Shown here one piece after another: positions 1-7,928 of a stretch of DNA of 24,000 nt. The number at the start of each line of letters is the position of its first letter. Position 1 is the stretch's first letter. The translations under genes and the position numbers were made by a program. Source of the DNA: Acinetobacter phage Herod; the sequence record MW316732.1; one strand, given 5' to 3'. The notes beneath the pieces were generated by a model. It saw only the letters and a program-made list of their open reading frames with translations. It did no database searches and was not told where the DNA came from.

Positions 1-700
1 AATCTTTAGAGACATCAACAACTTGGACTTCCTCAAATGGCTTCGACTCAACACCTTTTAGCTTTAAAAATCGATCTAAAATATTCCCTTCAAACATGTA
101 TGTGAGAATAACCACTCTTTTAGCCACAGTCATTAACCGAATAGGCAGTTGAGTGACCATCATAACGTTACTTCTCTTAGCAACATACAAACATTGACTA
201 TCACAGTATTGCTTGAGCATGTAGTACTTATGGGCTTTCCCTACAGGTTGATCGCACACCCAAGACAGCATACCATCGTGTGGATCAACTGAAACCTTGT
301 CGTTTGAATACAACCACATGTAGTCATCTACAGAATACTTGTCAAACCCCTCAATGACATTGATTTCCTCATCGATTACCACCGTATACCCATGATATTC
401 AACAAGGTCCAAGTGCTCATTTGTCAGAGACATGTATAGACTATGTGTGCAAGCAATATTCTCACCATTACTCAAAAGTTCTAAGAGGTGATCAGATTTA
501 GTGTCATGATCTTCAGTTGTTGGGTAAGCAAACGAAATACGGCTAACCGCTTGGGATAACCTACCACCATCACCTACCTCAGAGAGTAAAGGAGAGACAT
601 AAATATATTTCTCTTCATGGTGCTTTTCCATCCACTTAATAATTCCAGTGGTTTTATGTGAACCCATAATAGAATCAAGAACTTCAATTACCTCAGCCAT
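1..700 (-). CDS. Putative P-loop ATPase / DEAD-like helicase (C-terminus outside window)
   Basis: Own translation of the minus strand from CAT at 698-700 stays open to the window edge: MAEVIEVLDSIMGSHKTTGIIKWMEKHHEEKYIYVSPLLSEVGDGGR...; Walker A-like MGSHKTT followed by YIYVSPLLSEV, as in phage helicase-like ATPases. Confidence 0.6.
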   Translation of the reverse strand, partial: MAEVIEVLDSIMGSHKTTGIIKWMEKHHEEKYIYVSPLLSEVGDGGRLSQAVSRISFAYPTTEDHDTKSDHLLELLSNGENIACTHSLYMSLTNEHLDLVEYHGYTVVIDEEINVIEGFDKYSVDDYMWLYSNDKVSVDPHDGMLSWVCDQPVGKAHKYYMLKQYCDSQCLYVAKRSNVMMVTQLPIRLMTVAKRVVILTYMFEGNILDRFLKLKGVESKPFEEVQVVDVSKD

Positions 701-934
701 TTAATCTCCAAAATATTCACGTAGTGTATCTATCCAATATTGATTATACTTCAAGTCATATTCTATTTCTGCAACCTCACGAGCAGTAAACCACCAAACA
801 CCATTCTCATTACATGTGTTTTCTACAACAAAATCACCATCAGAGTTCTTATAACAAATAAAAATTAAATTTAAACCTTCGTGATAAAATGCATGTTTCT
901 TAACTACTTCCATCACATGTCCTCCACTTTGCAA
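701..934 (-). CDS. Hypothetical protein, 77 aa
   Basis: ORF in a tightly packed minus-strand gene cluster; ends next to the start of the downstream gene. Confidence 0.55.
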   Translation of the reverse strand: MQSGGHVMEVVKKHAFYHEGLNLIFICYKNSDGDFVVENTCNENGVWWFTAREVAEIEYDLKYNQYWIDTLREYFGD

Positions 935-1152
935 TTCGGCGAAATGTGGTTTTCTAGTTTGTCTAGTGTTTCTAATTCCCTCGAATCCGATAGATTATCA
1001 ATGCAGCCAGTGCGGTTTTCTGTGTGGGCATCATCACTTATCAACTCTAGAAAATTCTCATTAAGAACCTTTGCAAACTCTGGATGTAACTCTTGCAAAC
1101 TCCCAATTGGCTTAGGTAAAGTTGGCATATCAATATCGTTAAACTCACTCAT
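913..1152 (-). CDS. Hypothetical protein, 79 aa
   Basis: ORF overlapping its neighbours by a few bases, consistent with the cluster. Confidence 0.6.
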   Translation of the reverse strand: MSEFNDIDMPTLPKPIGSLQELHPEFAKVLNENFLELISDDAHTENRTGCIDNLSDSRELETLDKLENHISPNCKVEDM

Positions 1153-1346
1153 GGCTTACTCCCCACATAAACTGGCACTTGTTGAAAATCACACCGCACA
1201 TCTGTTCGATCTGTTTCGTGGCGTAGTTTTTGCTTTTCACAAATTGACTGAGTTGCATATTGAAGCTGATATGTTGACTCGGTGGCACTACCAACCATCT
1301 GATGTTGGGTCACAGTGAGAACCCATACGGTAATAAACTTAATCAT
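1149..1346 (-). CDS. Hypothetical small protein (start trimmed from the 1379 ORF start)
   Basis: ATG at 1346 (MIKFITVWVLTVTQHQMV...) is preceded on the minus strand by GGAGG and overlaps the stop of the 1339-1665 gene. Confidence 0.45.
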   Translation of the reverse strand: MIKFITVWVLTVTQHQMVGSATESTYQLQYATQSICEKQKLRHETDRTDVRCDFQQVPVYVGSKP

Positions 1347-1665
1347 CCCCGCCTCCGTATATTGATTCGTATGCTGCAATAGCGGCTAGCAATGGCTGGT
1401 TAAATACAAAACAATCTTTATGAGCTTCTGAACGTGCTGCTTTTAATCCACCTAAGCTATCTACTAAATCAACAGACTCCACAAGACGCTTGAGGTCGGA
1501 AAGGTCAACAGTATCCAAATCCTCTAAGCAACACTCTTCACCATCTTCAACTTGGTAATGATCTTTGTGAGTTAGATCAAAGTGAGTCGCCCAATCAGGC
1601 GCACCCTCAACAACCTTTCTCGCCTTATCTACACCATACTCACGAATAAACTCTTCTGGTTTCAT
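1339..1665 (-). CDS. Hypothetical acidic protein, 108 aa
   Basis: ORF MKPEEFIREYGVDKARKVVEG... in the minus-strand cluster. Confidence 0.6.
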   Translation of the reverse strand: MKPEEFIREYGVDKARKVVEGAPDWATHFDLTHKDHYQVEDGEECCLEDLDTVDLSDLKRLVESVDLVDSLGGLKAARSEAHKDCFVFNQPLLAAIAAYESIYGGGDD

Positions 1666-1745
1666 TTAGGAACTCCTTTACTAATCATTGGACAGTATAT
1701 CGCATGTTCTTTAATACTTCTACCACAAAATTGACAGTTTACCAT
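1662..1745 (-). CDS. Putative 27-aa mini zinc-binding protein
   Basis: Own translation: MVNCQFCGRSIKEHAIYCPMISKGVPK; C-x2-C...H-x3-C pattern; its TGA overlaps the ATG of the next gene (ATGA). Confidence 0.4.
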   Translation of the reverse strand: MVNCQFCGRSIKEHAIYCPMISKGVPK

Positions 1746-1746
1746 A

Positions 1747-1911
1747 TTAGTTCTCCATGCACCACTTAAGTGCACCTTCTAAGCTCTCTGCTTCAGCTAC
1801 CTGCCGACCATCAATTTCAGAAATGTAAAATGCTAAAGCTCCCTCTTCAATTTCATAACCATTGCATGCAATATAGTCACCATCAACTATCACAACAGCT
1901 TCTACAGTCAT
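1747..1911 (-). CDS. Hypothetical protein, 54 aa
   Basis: Own translation: MTVEAVVIVDGDYIACNGYEIEEGALAFYISEIDGRQVAEAESLEGALKWCMEN; fills the gap between 1745 and 1915. Confidence 0.55.
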   Translation of the reverse strand: MTVEAVVIVDGDYIACNGYEIEEGALAFYISEIDGRQVAEAESLEGALKWCMEN

Positions 1912-1914
1912 TCA

Positions 1915-2121
1915 CTAACCCTCAAAAATGTTATTATCCATGATATCAGAAATAACTTCATCAATCTCTGAATTTGTTTCTTCGATAAGTTTATCATACT
2001 TATCTTTATCCGCAAAGACATCCCTCTCAGTCTTTAACCTCTCAAGACGAATGTGAAGAGAGTGTAACTGAGTGTGAAGCCTTGCGAGATTACCTGTGGT
2101 TTCTAAGTCAAACATTGTCAT
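1915..2121 (-). CDS. Hypothetical coiled-coil protein, 68 aa
   Basis: ORF MTMFDLETTGNLARLHTQLHSLHIRLERLKTERDVFADK...; overlaps the upstream gene by 14 nt. Confidence 0.55.
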   Translation of the reverse strand: MTMFDLETTGNLARLHTQLHSLHIRLERLKTERDVFADKDKYDKLIEETNSEIDEVISDIMDNNIFEG

Positions 2122-2422
2122 CCTCCATTAAATTGTAGGCAGAAATTAGGCTGGTTATCAACTGATCCAACTCACTCTTCGATAAAATTCCAACTTTTTG
2201 ACATGAAACTTCATCAAGCATATTTCTTCTTGTATCATAGAAGTCAATACTATTATCTTCTTGCACACTAATTAACTCTTGCTCACACAGGAAGTTTGGT
2301 TTTAAGTCGTCACTTATAACAATTCTCAAACCATTAGCATCACCATCACTATCAAGAAAAGTGTAGACAAACACCCCTTTCTCTTTACCGATACCTCTTT
2401 TATCATTGGTAGTTATTTTCAT
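2108..2422 (-). CDS. Hypothetical protein, 104 aa
   Basis: ORF in the minus-strand cluster with a 4-nt overlap to the next gene. Confidence 0.6.
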   Translation of the reverse strand: MKITTNDKRGIGKEKGVFVYTFLDSDGDANGLRIVISDDLKPNFLCEQELISVQEDNSIDFYDTRRNMLDEVSCQKVGILSKSELDQLITSLISAYNLMEDDNV

Positions 2423-2694
2423 AGCGATCTCTGACTCCCTAAATAACTTTCTAAAATAACATCATATAAATCATCTTGGTTATTTATGTAGTAGCTATTG
2501 TAAGGGCTTAGCACCAAGATTTCAGATGGTCTATACGCCCTATCTTCTTCAGTGACTATTGTGGATTTTTCACTGTTGTAATACTCACTATTAAGTTTCA
2601 GCTTACCAACTAAAACCCTACCACAATCTCTGGGTATAAACTGGACTAGATCACCATCTCGGTATGAACTCACCCATTTTCCATAAATGATCAT
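2419..2694 (-). CDS. Hypothetical protein, 91 aa
   Basis: ORF with 4-nt overlaps to both neighbours. Confidence 0.6.
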   Translation of the reverse strand: MIIYGKWVSSYRDGDLVQFIPRDCGRVLVGKLKLNSEYYNSEKSTIVTEEDRAYRPSEILVLSPYNSYYINNQDDLYDVILESYLGSQRSL

Positions 2695-2948
2695 TCTTCA
2701 TCCCCCATAGAAACAAACCATGATATATGAGTTTTCCCAGTAAGTACAAATGCTGTATAACCAGCTTCTCTCAACTCCTCCAAGGTTCTTTTTGTAACTT
2801 TTTTGTCAAGAGATATACTAAACGCACCCAAACTTGCTGCACTCTTAATATTTTTATAGCACTCTTCAAGATCTGCTTCTGTGTTACCCTCATCAAAACT
2901 ATCAGCCATCTTTCTAGCTTCTTTTGCAGTTATCTTTTCCATTTTCAC
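2691..2948 (-). CDS. Hypothetical protein, 85 aa (paralogue of the 3129-3371 product)
   Basis: ORF; aligns by eye with the 3129-3371 product (ITAKEARKMAD...TEADLEEC... versus ITAQEAKAITD...TEEDLIEC...). Confidence 0.65.
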   Translation of the reverse strand: MKMEKITAKEARKMADSFDEGNTEADLEECYKNIKSAASLGAFSISLDKKVTKRTLEELREAGYTAFVLTGKTHISWFVSMGDEE

Positions 2949-2951
2949 CTC

Positions 2952-3119
2952 CTAAAAATTTGAATAGTTACATTTTTTGCAAATCCTATGGTGATCATGA
3001 CCTTTACCATACTGTCCACACTTCTCTAGTGTAGATAGGCATTTAGGACATTTCCTCTTTGGATTTGAGAAGTTTTTATTAGAGTTTTGCTTTGCACCTC
3101 TTCCATCACGATTGCTCAT
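2952..3119 (-). CDS. Small zinc-ribbon-like protein, 55 aa
   Basis: Own translation: MSNRDGRGAKQNSNKNFSNPKRKCPKCLSTLEKCGQYGKGHDHHRICKKCNYSNF; two CxxC pairs; fills the gap between the paralogues. Confidence 0.6.
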   Translation of the reverse strand: MSNRDGRGAKQNSNKNFSNPKRKCPKCLSTLEKCGQYGKGHDHHRICKKCNYSNF

Positions 3120-3128
3120 ATTGACCCC

Positions 3129-3371
3129 TTAATCTCTTAAATACCACATGATGTTTGTGTGTGGTCCAAGTCGTGAAACCTCGTAGCCCACCTTCCTCAA
3201 TTGGAATGCTGCACTCATCGAAATTCTATGACTTATGATAGCCATACATTTCCCTTCTACACAAGCTTCACGTATTGCTTTGTCACATTCAATGAGATCT
3301 TCTTCGGTGTGGTCCTCAAGGTTTTTATCAGTGATTGCCTTGGCCTCTTGAGCCGTAATTAAACCTTCCAT
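3129..3371 (-). CDS. Hypothetical protein, 80 aa (paralogue of the 2691-2948 product)
   Basis: ORF with AGGAGG-like RBS (CCTCC on the plus strand just upstream). Confidence 0.65.
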   Translation of the reverse strand: MEGLITAQEAKAITDKNLEDHTEEDLIECDKAIREACVEGKCMAIISHRISMSAAFQLRKVGYEVSRLGPHTNIMWYLRD

Positions 3372-3395
3372 TTCTACCTCCTAAAAATTTTGTTT

Positions 3396-3424
3396 ATTTT
3401 AGCACTAAAAATCACCAAATACAA
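3396..3424 (-). promoter_or_regulatory. Candidate leftward sigma70-like promoter
   Basis: Minus strand: TTGTAT-17 nt-TAAAAT with extended -10 (TGcTAAAAT), just upstream of the minus-strand cluster. Confidence 0.4.
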
Positions 3425-3593
3425 GCACCATAAAAATCATCTTTGGAAACCGCACTTCCAGAAATTAAAAAACGTCAAAAAATTTAACTTAAAAAACAAG
3501 AACTTGTAGCACTAAAATTTATCGTCCCTTGAGAAAAGAAACATCGAAAAGGATACCTTAAAAAGAAAATAAAAGAGCACATAAAACTTACCT

Positions 3594-3713
3594 AAAAGGA
3601 TAACCTAAAGGTTAAATTTGGTGGGTGGGTAATTTTTAAAACAAACAACCCAAACAAAGGAAAAACCTAAAGGTTAAAACTTAAGAAGATCCTTAAAGGA
3701 TAACCTAAAGGTA
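3594..3713. repeat. Three copies of AACCTAAAGGT(T) with flanking AAAGGATA, possible operator or protein-binding repeats
   Basis: AACCTAAAGGTT at 3602-3613 and 3664-3675, AACCTAAAGGT at 3702-3712; arms AACCT/AGGTT are reverse complements; two copies sit in AAAGGATAACCTAAAGGT. Confidence 0.6.
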
Positions 3714-3730
3714 CACCTTAAAGAAACAAC

Positions 3731-3758
3731 TTGACAAAGAGATAAACTGTGCTATTGT
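3731..3758 (+). promoter_or_regulatory. Candidate rightward sigma70-like promoter
   Basis: TTGACA (3731-3736), 16-nt spacer, TATTGT (3753-3758) with extended TGc. Confidence 0.55.
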
Positions 3759-3841
3759 AATTAGTATAGGATAACCATAATAAGTAAACATATTGATCAC
3801 TAGGATGTGATTGTCCCAATAACTTACAAGGAAGGTTTCAT

Positions 3842-4141
3842 ATGCGTAAAAGCAAAAAGAAATCTGGTAAAATTTCCTTCAGTATTGTTCCTAAAGAAGC
3901 TGTTCAAGCAAAACCTTTAAAAATAACATGTTCAGAGTGCTCCAGTCATAATGTAATTATCGATACTGGTGTGTGCTCTTTACCTAAAGGAAATAATCCA
4001 GAAAAACAAGTAATCCACCAAACCATTTGTCTCGATTGCAGTCATGTTGGTGGGGTTTGTCTATCCAGTGAACAAGTAGAACAACTCATTAGAGATGAGG
4101 AAGAGCTAACTGAAGTGATGATTGTTGCTGGAAAACTTTAA
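3842..4141 (+). CDS. Small zinc-ribbon-like protein, 99 aa
   Basis: ORF with CSEC and CLDC pairs; GGAAGG RBS upstream. Confidence 0.7.
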   Translation: MRKSKKKSGKISFSIVPKEAVQAKPLKITCSECSSHNVIIDTGVCSLPKGNNPEKQVIHQTICLDCSHVGGVCLSSEQVEQLIRDEEELTEVMIVAGKL

Positions 4142-4160
4142 CAGAATATAGGTGAATGGC

Positions 4161-4790
4161 ATGTTAGTCTTTAAAACACTTGTCTTGGATTTCCTGACAG
4201 GTTTAGTTGGTTTTTTACTTAAAAACTGGAAGTTAGCCTTAATTGGTTTCTTGATTTTATTCTCAGTGCTTTATACTAGTCACCTTAAAGGTGAATTAAA
4301 AGATGCTAAAACTGATTTGGATGCTCAAAAGGCATACCATAGTGCATATGTGCAGGCATATGAAAAGGAATTCCAGAAGAGATATGCAGAGGTCGTGCAC
4401 ACAAACAAAAGATTAGTAAAAGATTTGGAGGAAGTCAATGGACAAATTGAAAGGAAAAATCAAGAAGTTGAAGCTACTTATACCTATAACCGTGCTCTTC
4501 TTGATGAGCTTACTCGTAGGTTGTCAAAGCAGCAAAGTTCAGGAACCAAAGGTGGGAACGGTTCCAATACCAGTTTACCAACTACCAGAACTTCAGAACA
4601 AACATCCACAAGCAGATCATTCATCGAATGTGCAGAAGAGCTTACAGAAGTGGCTAGACAAGCCGACTCATTAGCAATTGATCTTCAAGCGGTTATCCAA
4701 AGTCACAACAATTATTTAGCAGAGATAGAGATTTTAAACTCAAGTATTTCAAATAGTGGAAATTCCAAGGAATTAGATAAGAGGGATTAA
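4161..4790 (+). CDS. Putative inner-membrane spanin (Rz-like)
   Basis: N-terminal transmembrane segment (NWKLALIGFLILFSVLYTS) then a long coiled coil; contains a nested out-of-frame lipoprotein gene. ORF is open from GTG 4152; ATG 4161 has a better-placed AGGTG. Confidence 0.65.
   Translation: MLVFKTLVLDFLTGLVGFLLKNWKLALIGFLILFSVLYTSHLKGELKDAKTDLDAQKAYHSAYVQAYEKEFQKRYAEVVHTNKRLVKDLEEVNGQIERKNQEVEATYTYNRALLDELTRRLSKQQSSGTKGGNGSNTSLPTTRTSEQTSTSRSFIECAEELTEVARQADSLAIDLQAVIQSHNNYLAEIEILNSSISNSGNSKELDKRD
4438..4674 (+). CDS. Putative outer-membrane spanin lipoprotein (Rz1-like), nested in the i-spanin gene
   Basis: MDKLKGKIKKLKLLIPITVLFLMSLLVGCQSSK... signal peptide with lipobox LLVGC and Pro-containing tail; different frame inside 4161-4790. 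Confidence 0.65.
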   Translation: MDKLKGKIKKLKLLIPITVLFLMSLLVGCQSSKVQEPKVGTVPIPVYQLPELQNKHPQADHSSNVQKSLQKWLDKPTH

Positions 4791-4793
4791 GTA

Positions 4794-6893
4794 ATGGCTG
4801 ATGTATTAGTCACAGGTATTAAAATTGGGGATATGCCCCTTAAGGGAACTGTTTCAGGAAATGAAAAGTTACCTACTGGAGATGTAGGAGATTTAGCTGT
4901 TACTCCTAATCAAATTAAAGACTTCACCATTGCAGAGGGAAATCTTGTAAGTCAAGAACAGTTGGATGATGCTGTAGAATCCTTAGAGCAGACCTCTTCT
5001 GGGATTGCTGGTAGAGTACAGACGCTTGAAGATAGAACTTCCAATGTCAACAATACGGCTGACTTGGATAAACCTGTCAGCAACGCCACACAAGCTGCTT
5101 TAAATGAGAAAGCTGATAAGGTAGATGTAGACGCAAAATTAGATCTTAAAGCTGACAAAGATAAAGTAGTTTCTTCTTTTAATGGTCAGGTTGGGGAAGT
5201 TATATTAAATCAATCTGATTTAGTTGAACTAGGCGAAGATTTCAGTACAACACCGATATTCCAAGATGTTCCTAAACTGACAAATCCAGATGGTAGTTCT
5301 ATACCAGAATTTGACTCACAGATTCAACCATTAGTAAATAGTTTAGCAGTCCATAGACAGGGATTAACCCCGACATTTGATCAAGATTTTGCCAATAAAA
5401 TTGGTGGCTATCCATTAAATGCTCGTTTGATGCTTGATAATGGCGATATTGTTCAATCAACAATTGCTAACAATGTCAATAATCCAAATGTTGATATGGC
5501 AGGGTGGGTTAAAACCAATTCTGCAAGTCAAATTTTTGATGAAAGCGGATTAAGTCAACAAGCAATTAATGATTCTAGTAAACGGTTGAATAGTAATGTC
5601 CTTGATTATTTTACAAAGTCAGAACTAGAGTCGTGGAAATCAGACCCTAACACCTTTGATGCATCCGACGCAATCATTCGAGCGCAGACTCTTTCTTCGG
5701 GTGCAGAGATTAACTTCCCAAGTGGGGTATTCCGCATTACTAAGAAAATCCCAAGTACAAAGTCTTGGAGAGGTGTACGTGGAGGTTACGCAAAACGGGG
5801 GACACATATCATCGTTGATAACCCCGTTGCAATTGATGGTGTTATTGACTGTAGCATGGCGCATATGGCAGTTGAGTTGCACGATATTCAATTTGAGGAT
5901 AAGCAAAGATTACTACATACACTTTTGATTGAGGGTGTGTATCAAGGGTTTTATTCTGGAATACGTGTAGACCGCTTCAAATTAGGTATTCAAACGTCAG
6001 GTACGTATATTTATTTTGAAAAATGTTACTTCGTAGCCAATGGTGTAGGGATTCGACCAACTCCCACAGATGCGGTAGCAGATGCTCAATCTACAATGTT
6101 TGGGTGCAGAGAGTGTTTCTTTATTTATAATGATATTGGTTACGATATTTCAGGTGTTAGTGCTGCTGATGACTTAATTAATGTCCCGTTTATTTCATGT
6201 GGGTTTGAGTTGAACCGTATCGGTTTAAACTCTCCAAATAGGACGTGGTATCTGACGTTGTTAAACTGTTGGTTTGAAGCCAACTCTGATTATGGTCTGT
6301 ATGCTCCAACAAGTCACCTTATTGAGATTAATACACGCCATAATGCAAACAGCCCGTTTGTTGTCAGCCCAACAGAGTCAACTAAAATTTTTGGCATGAC
6401 TGCAAGTTTTGTTGATTTAGAAATCAAAGGCGATATTAAGTTCCCTGCCGAATACTCATCAACAGGTGCAGCAGCCAAAGGGAAAACAATATCACAAACA
6501 TTCACAGATGATGGAGGTGGTGTTGTTGCTGAAATAGCTTTTGTGCGTGAGCAGAATTCAAATATTTATGGTGGTTCAGGTATTGAATTTTCAACAGCTA
6601 TCTCAACTACAAGTCCTGATCTTATCCCCCGTTGGGGGGTTAACCAGTTTGGAGTATTGTACCCCAAACAAGATGTTCTTTATAATATTGGAGCACCGAC
6701 AAAGCGTTGCAAGGCAGTATTTACCGCTTCAATCATGTACACAGAAACGTGTGGTGACTTTGCCGGTTCTGGTAGTCCAGAAGGGGTTGTTGTTGCTACC
6801 AAGGGATCAACCTACAGAAGGGTAGATGGTGGTTCTCCTTCTTTTTATGTAAAAGAATCCGATGTAGGTTCATCTGGGTGGGTTGCTAAATAA
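4794..6893 (+). CDS. Tail fibre/spike protein, probably with a pectate-lyase-like beta-helix (candidate depolymerase)
   Basis: 699 aa; N-terminal linker and coiled-coil repeats (NEKADKVDVDAKLDLKADKDKV), then a region starting DASDAIIRAQTLSSGAEINFPSGVFRITKKI with beta-helix-style repeats. Confidence 0.75.
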   Translation: MADVLVTGIKIGDMPLKGTVSGNEKLPTGDVGDLAVTPNQIKDFTIAEGNLVSQEQLDDAVESLEQTSSGIAGRVQTLEDRTSNVNNTADLDKPVSNATQAALNEKADKVDVDAKLDLKADKDKVVSSFNGQVGEVILNQSDLVELGEDFSTTPIFQDVPKLTNPDGSSIPEFDSQIQPLVNSLAVHRQGLTPTFDQDFANKIGGYPLNARLMLDNGDIVQSTIANNVNNPNVDMAGWVKTNSASQIFDESGLSQQAINDSSKRLNSNVLDYFTKSELESWKSDPNTFDASDAIIRAQTLSSGAEINFPSGVFRITKKIPSTKSWRGVRGGYAKRGTHIIVDNPVAIDGVIDCSMAHMAVELHDIQFEDKQRLLHTLLIEGVYQGFYSGIRVDRFKLGIQTSGTYIYFEKCYFVANGVGIRPTPTDAVADAQSTMFGCRECFFIYNDIGYDISGVSAADDLINVPFISCGFELNRIGLNSPNRTWYLTLLNCWFEANSDYGLYAPTSHLIEINTRHNANSPFVVSPTESTKIFGMTASFVDLEIKGDIKFPAEYSSTGAAAKGKTISQTFTDDGGGVVAEIAFVREQNSNIYGGSGIEFSTAISTTSPDLIPRWGVNQFGVLYPKQDVLYNIGAPTKRCKAVFTASIMYTETCGDFAGSGSPEGVVVATKGSTYRRVDGGSPSFYVKESDVGSSGWVAK

Positions 6894-6897
6894 ACCC

Positions 6898-6918
6898 AAA
6901 CCCCTTCGGGGGTTTTTT
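6898..6918 (+). terminator. Rho-independent terminator
   Basis: AAACCCC-TTCG-GGGGTTT followed by T-rich tract, directly after the fibre stop codon. Confidence 0.85.
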
Positions 6919-6955
6919 GCTATTATAAGTAAAACTTACATAGGGTGAATCTATA

Positions 6956-7195
6956 GTGGATTTTGTTAACATGATTCTGGAGTGGCTAAAAGCGCACGTA
7001 GGTGTCATATTCATGGGGGTGGCTGGTGCAACAGTCACCGCCCTAGTACCTTCTGGTAAGCCGTTAGCTGAACGAGTTATTAGCTGGATTGTTGGTGTTA
7101 TTTTGTGTGCAGCACTTTCAACACCAATGGTTTTGTACCACTCCTCTAGACAATTTGACAAACTAACTTTCTGTGATAAAATGAATAGTTTTTGA
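6956..7195 (+). CDS. Small membrane protein, putative holin
   Basis: 79 aa, two hydrophobic segments (VGVIFMGVAGATVTALV; VISWIVGVILCAALSTPMVL), directly upstream of a hydrolase gene. Confidence 0.6.
   Translation: MDFVNMILEWLKAHVGVIFMGVAGATVTALVPSGKPLAERVISWIVGVILCAALSTPMVLYHSSRQFDKLTFCDKMNSF
7155..7182 (+). promoter_or_regulatory. Candidate sigma70-like promoter inside the 3' end of the holin-like gene
   Basis: TTGACA (7155-7160), 16-nt spacer, TAAAAT (7177-7182) with extended TGa. Confidence 0.6.
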
Positions 7196-7209
7196 TCAAG
7201 GAGTTAGTT

Positions 7210-7596
7210 TTGTCTAGTTTAATGTGTATGGCGTTGGTTATCTTTTCAGAAGCTCGTGGTGAGCCACTTAAAGGTAAACAAGCTGTTGCAGAAGTAGTAG
7301 CAACACGATCTATTGAATGGAACAAAGATGTATGTGGTGTCATTTACCAGAAGGGTCAATTTACAGGAATTAGAAATGTAAAGCCACCTAAAGAGGGGAC
7401 ACCAGCACGAAAAGAATGGGAAGACTGTCATGCAATTGCTAAAAAGTATGTTCATGATGAGAAAGCCGTTACAGAATATAAAGTAAAAAGACCTACAAAC
7501 TTTACCAATAGGGCACTCTATTTCAATCGAGGTAGTAGTTGCTCTAATGGTAGTTATAAGATAACCAAAATAGGAAATCATGTTTTTTGTAGGTGA
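7210..7596 (+). CDS. Cell wall hydrolase, SleB-like (candidate endolysin)
   Basis: SEARGEPLKGKQAVAEVVATR motif typical of the SleB hydrolase family; AAGGAG at 7198-7203 supports the TTG start at 7210 rather than 7192. Confidence 0.75.
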   Translation: MSSLMCMALVIFSEARGEPLKGKQAVAEVVATRSIEWNKDVCGVIYQKGQFTGIRNVKPPKEGTPARKEWEDCHAIAKKYVHDEKAVTEYKVKRPTNFTNRALYFNRGSSCSNGSYKITKIGNHVFCR

Positions 7597-7620
7597 TTTT
7601 AATATTTAAAGGAGTTAAGT

Positions 7621-7926
7621 ATGTCAATAGAATCAATAAAAATTGATTTGTTCAAAGGTGAAATTAAAGGGTCTTACTCTTTCACTGTTAAATTCCAAAG
7701 TGGTGAGATGTATACACAAACAATGCAGACATTTCCAAGTTTAGCTAAGAATGTTCTTGATTCTTATAGACATAAGAGAGGAAGCCTTGAGGGAATTTCA
7801 GATGAAGATTTTATAGCTTGTATTAGACTTATAGATCAAGGTTTACCTGAAAGAAATCATGAACAAATAAACTATAATGGAAAAACCCTTTCTCTCTGCA
7901 TTCAAAATATCGACAGTGGAGGTTAA
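7621..7926 (+). CDS. Hypothetical protein, 101 aa
   Basis: ORF with AAAGGAG RBS upstream. Confidence 0.75.
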   Translation: MSIESIKIDLFKGEIKGSYSFTVKFQSGEMYTQTMQTFPSLAKNVLDSYRHKRGSLEGISDEDFIACIRLIDQGLPERNHEQINYNGKTLSLCIQNIDSGG

Positions 7927-7928
7927 GT

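Noticed and set aside
881-1318. Plus-strand 145-aa ORF
   Set aside because: Opposite strand of the packed minus-strand cluster with no RBS or recognisable domain; the overlapping small minus-strand genes fit the context better.
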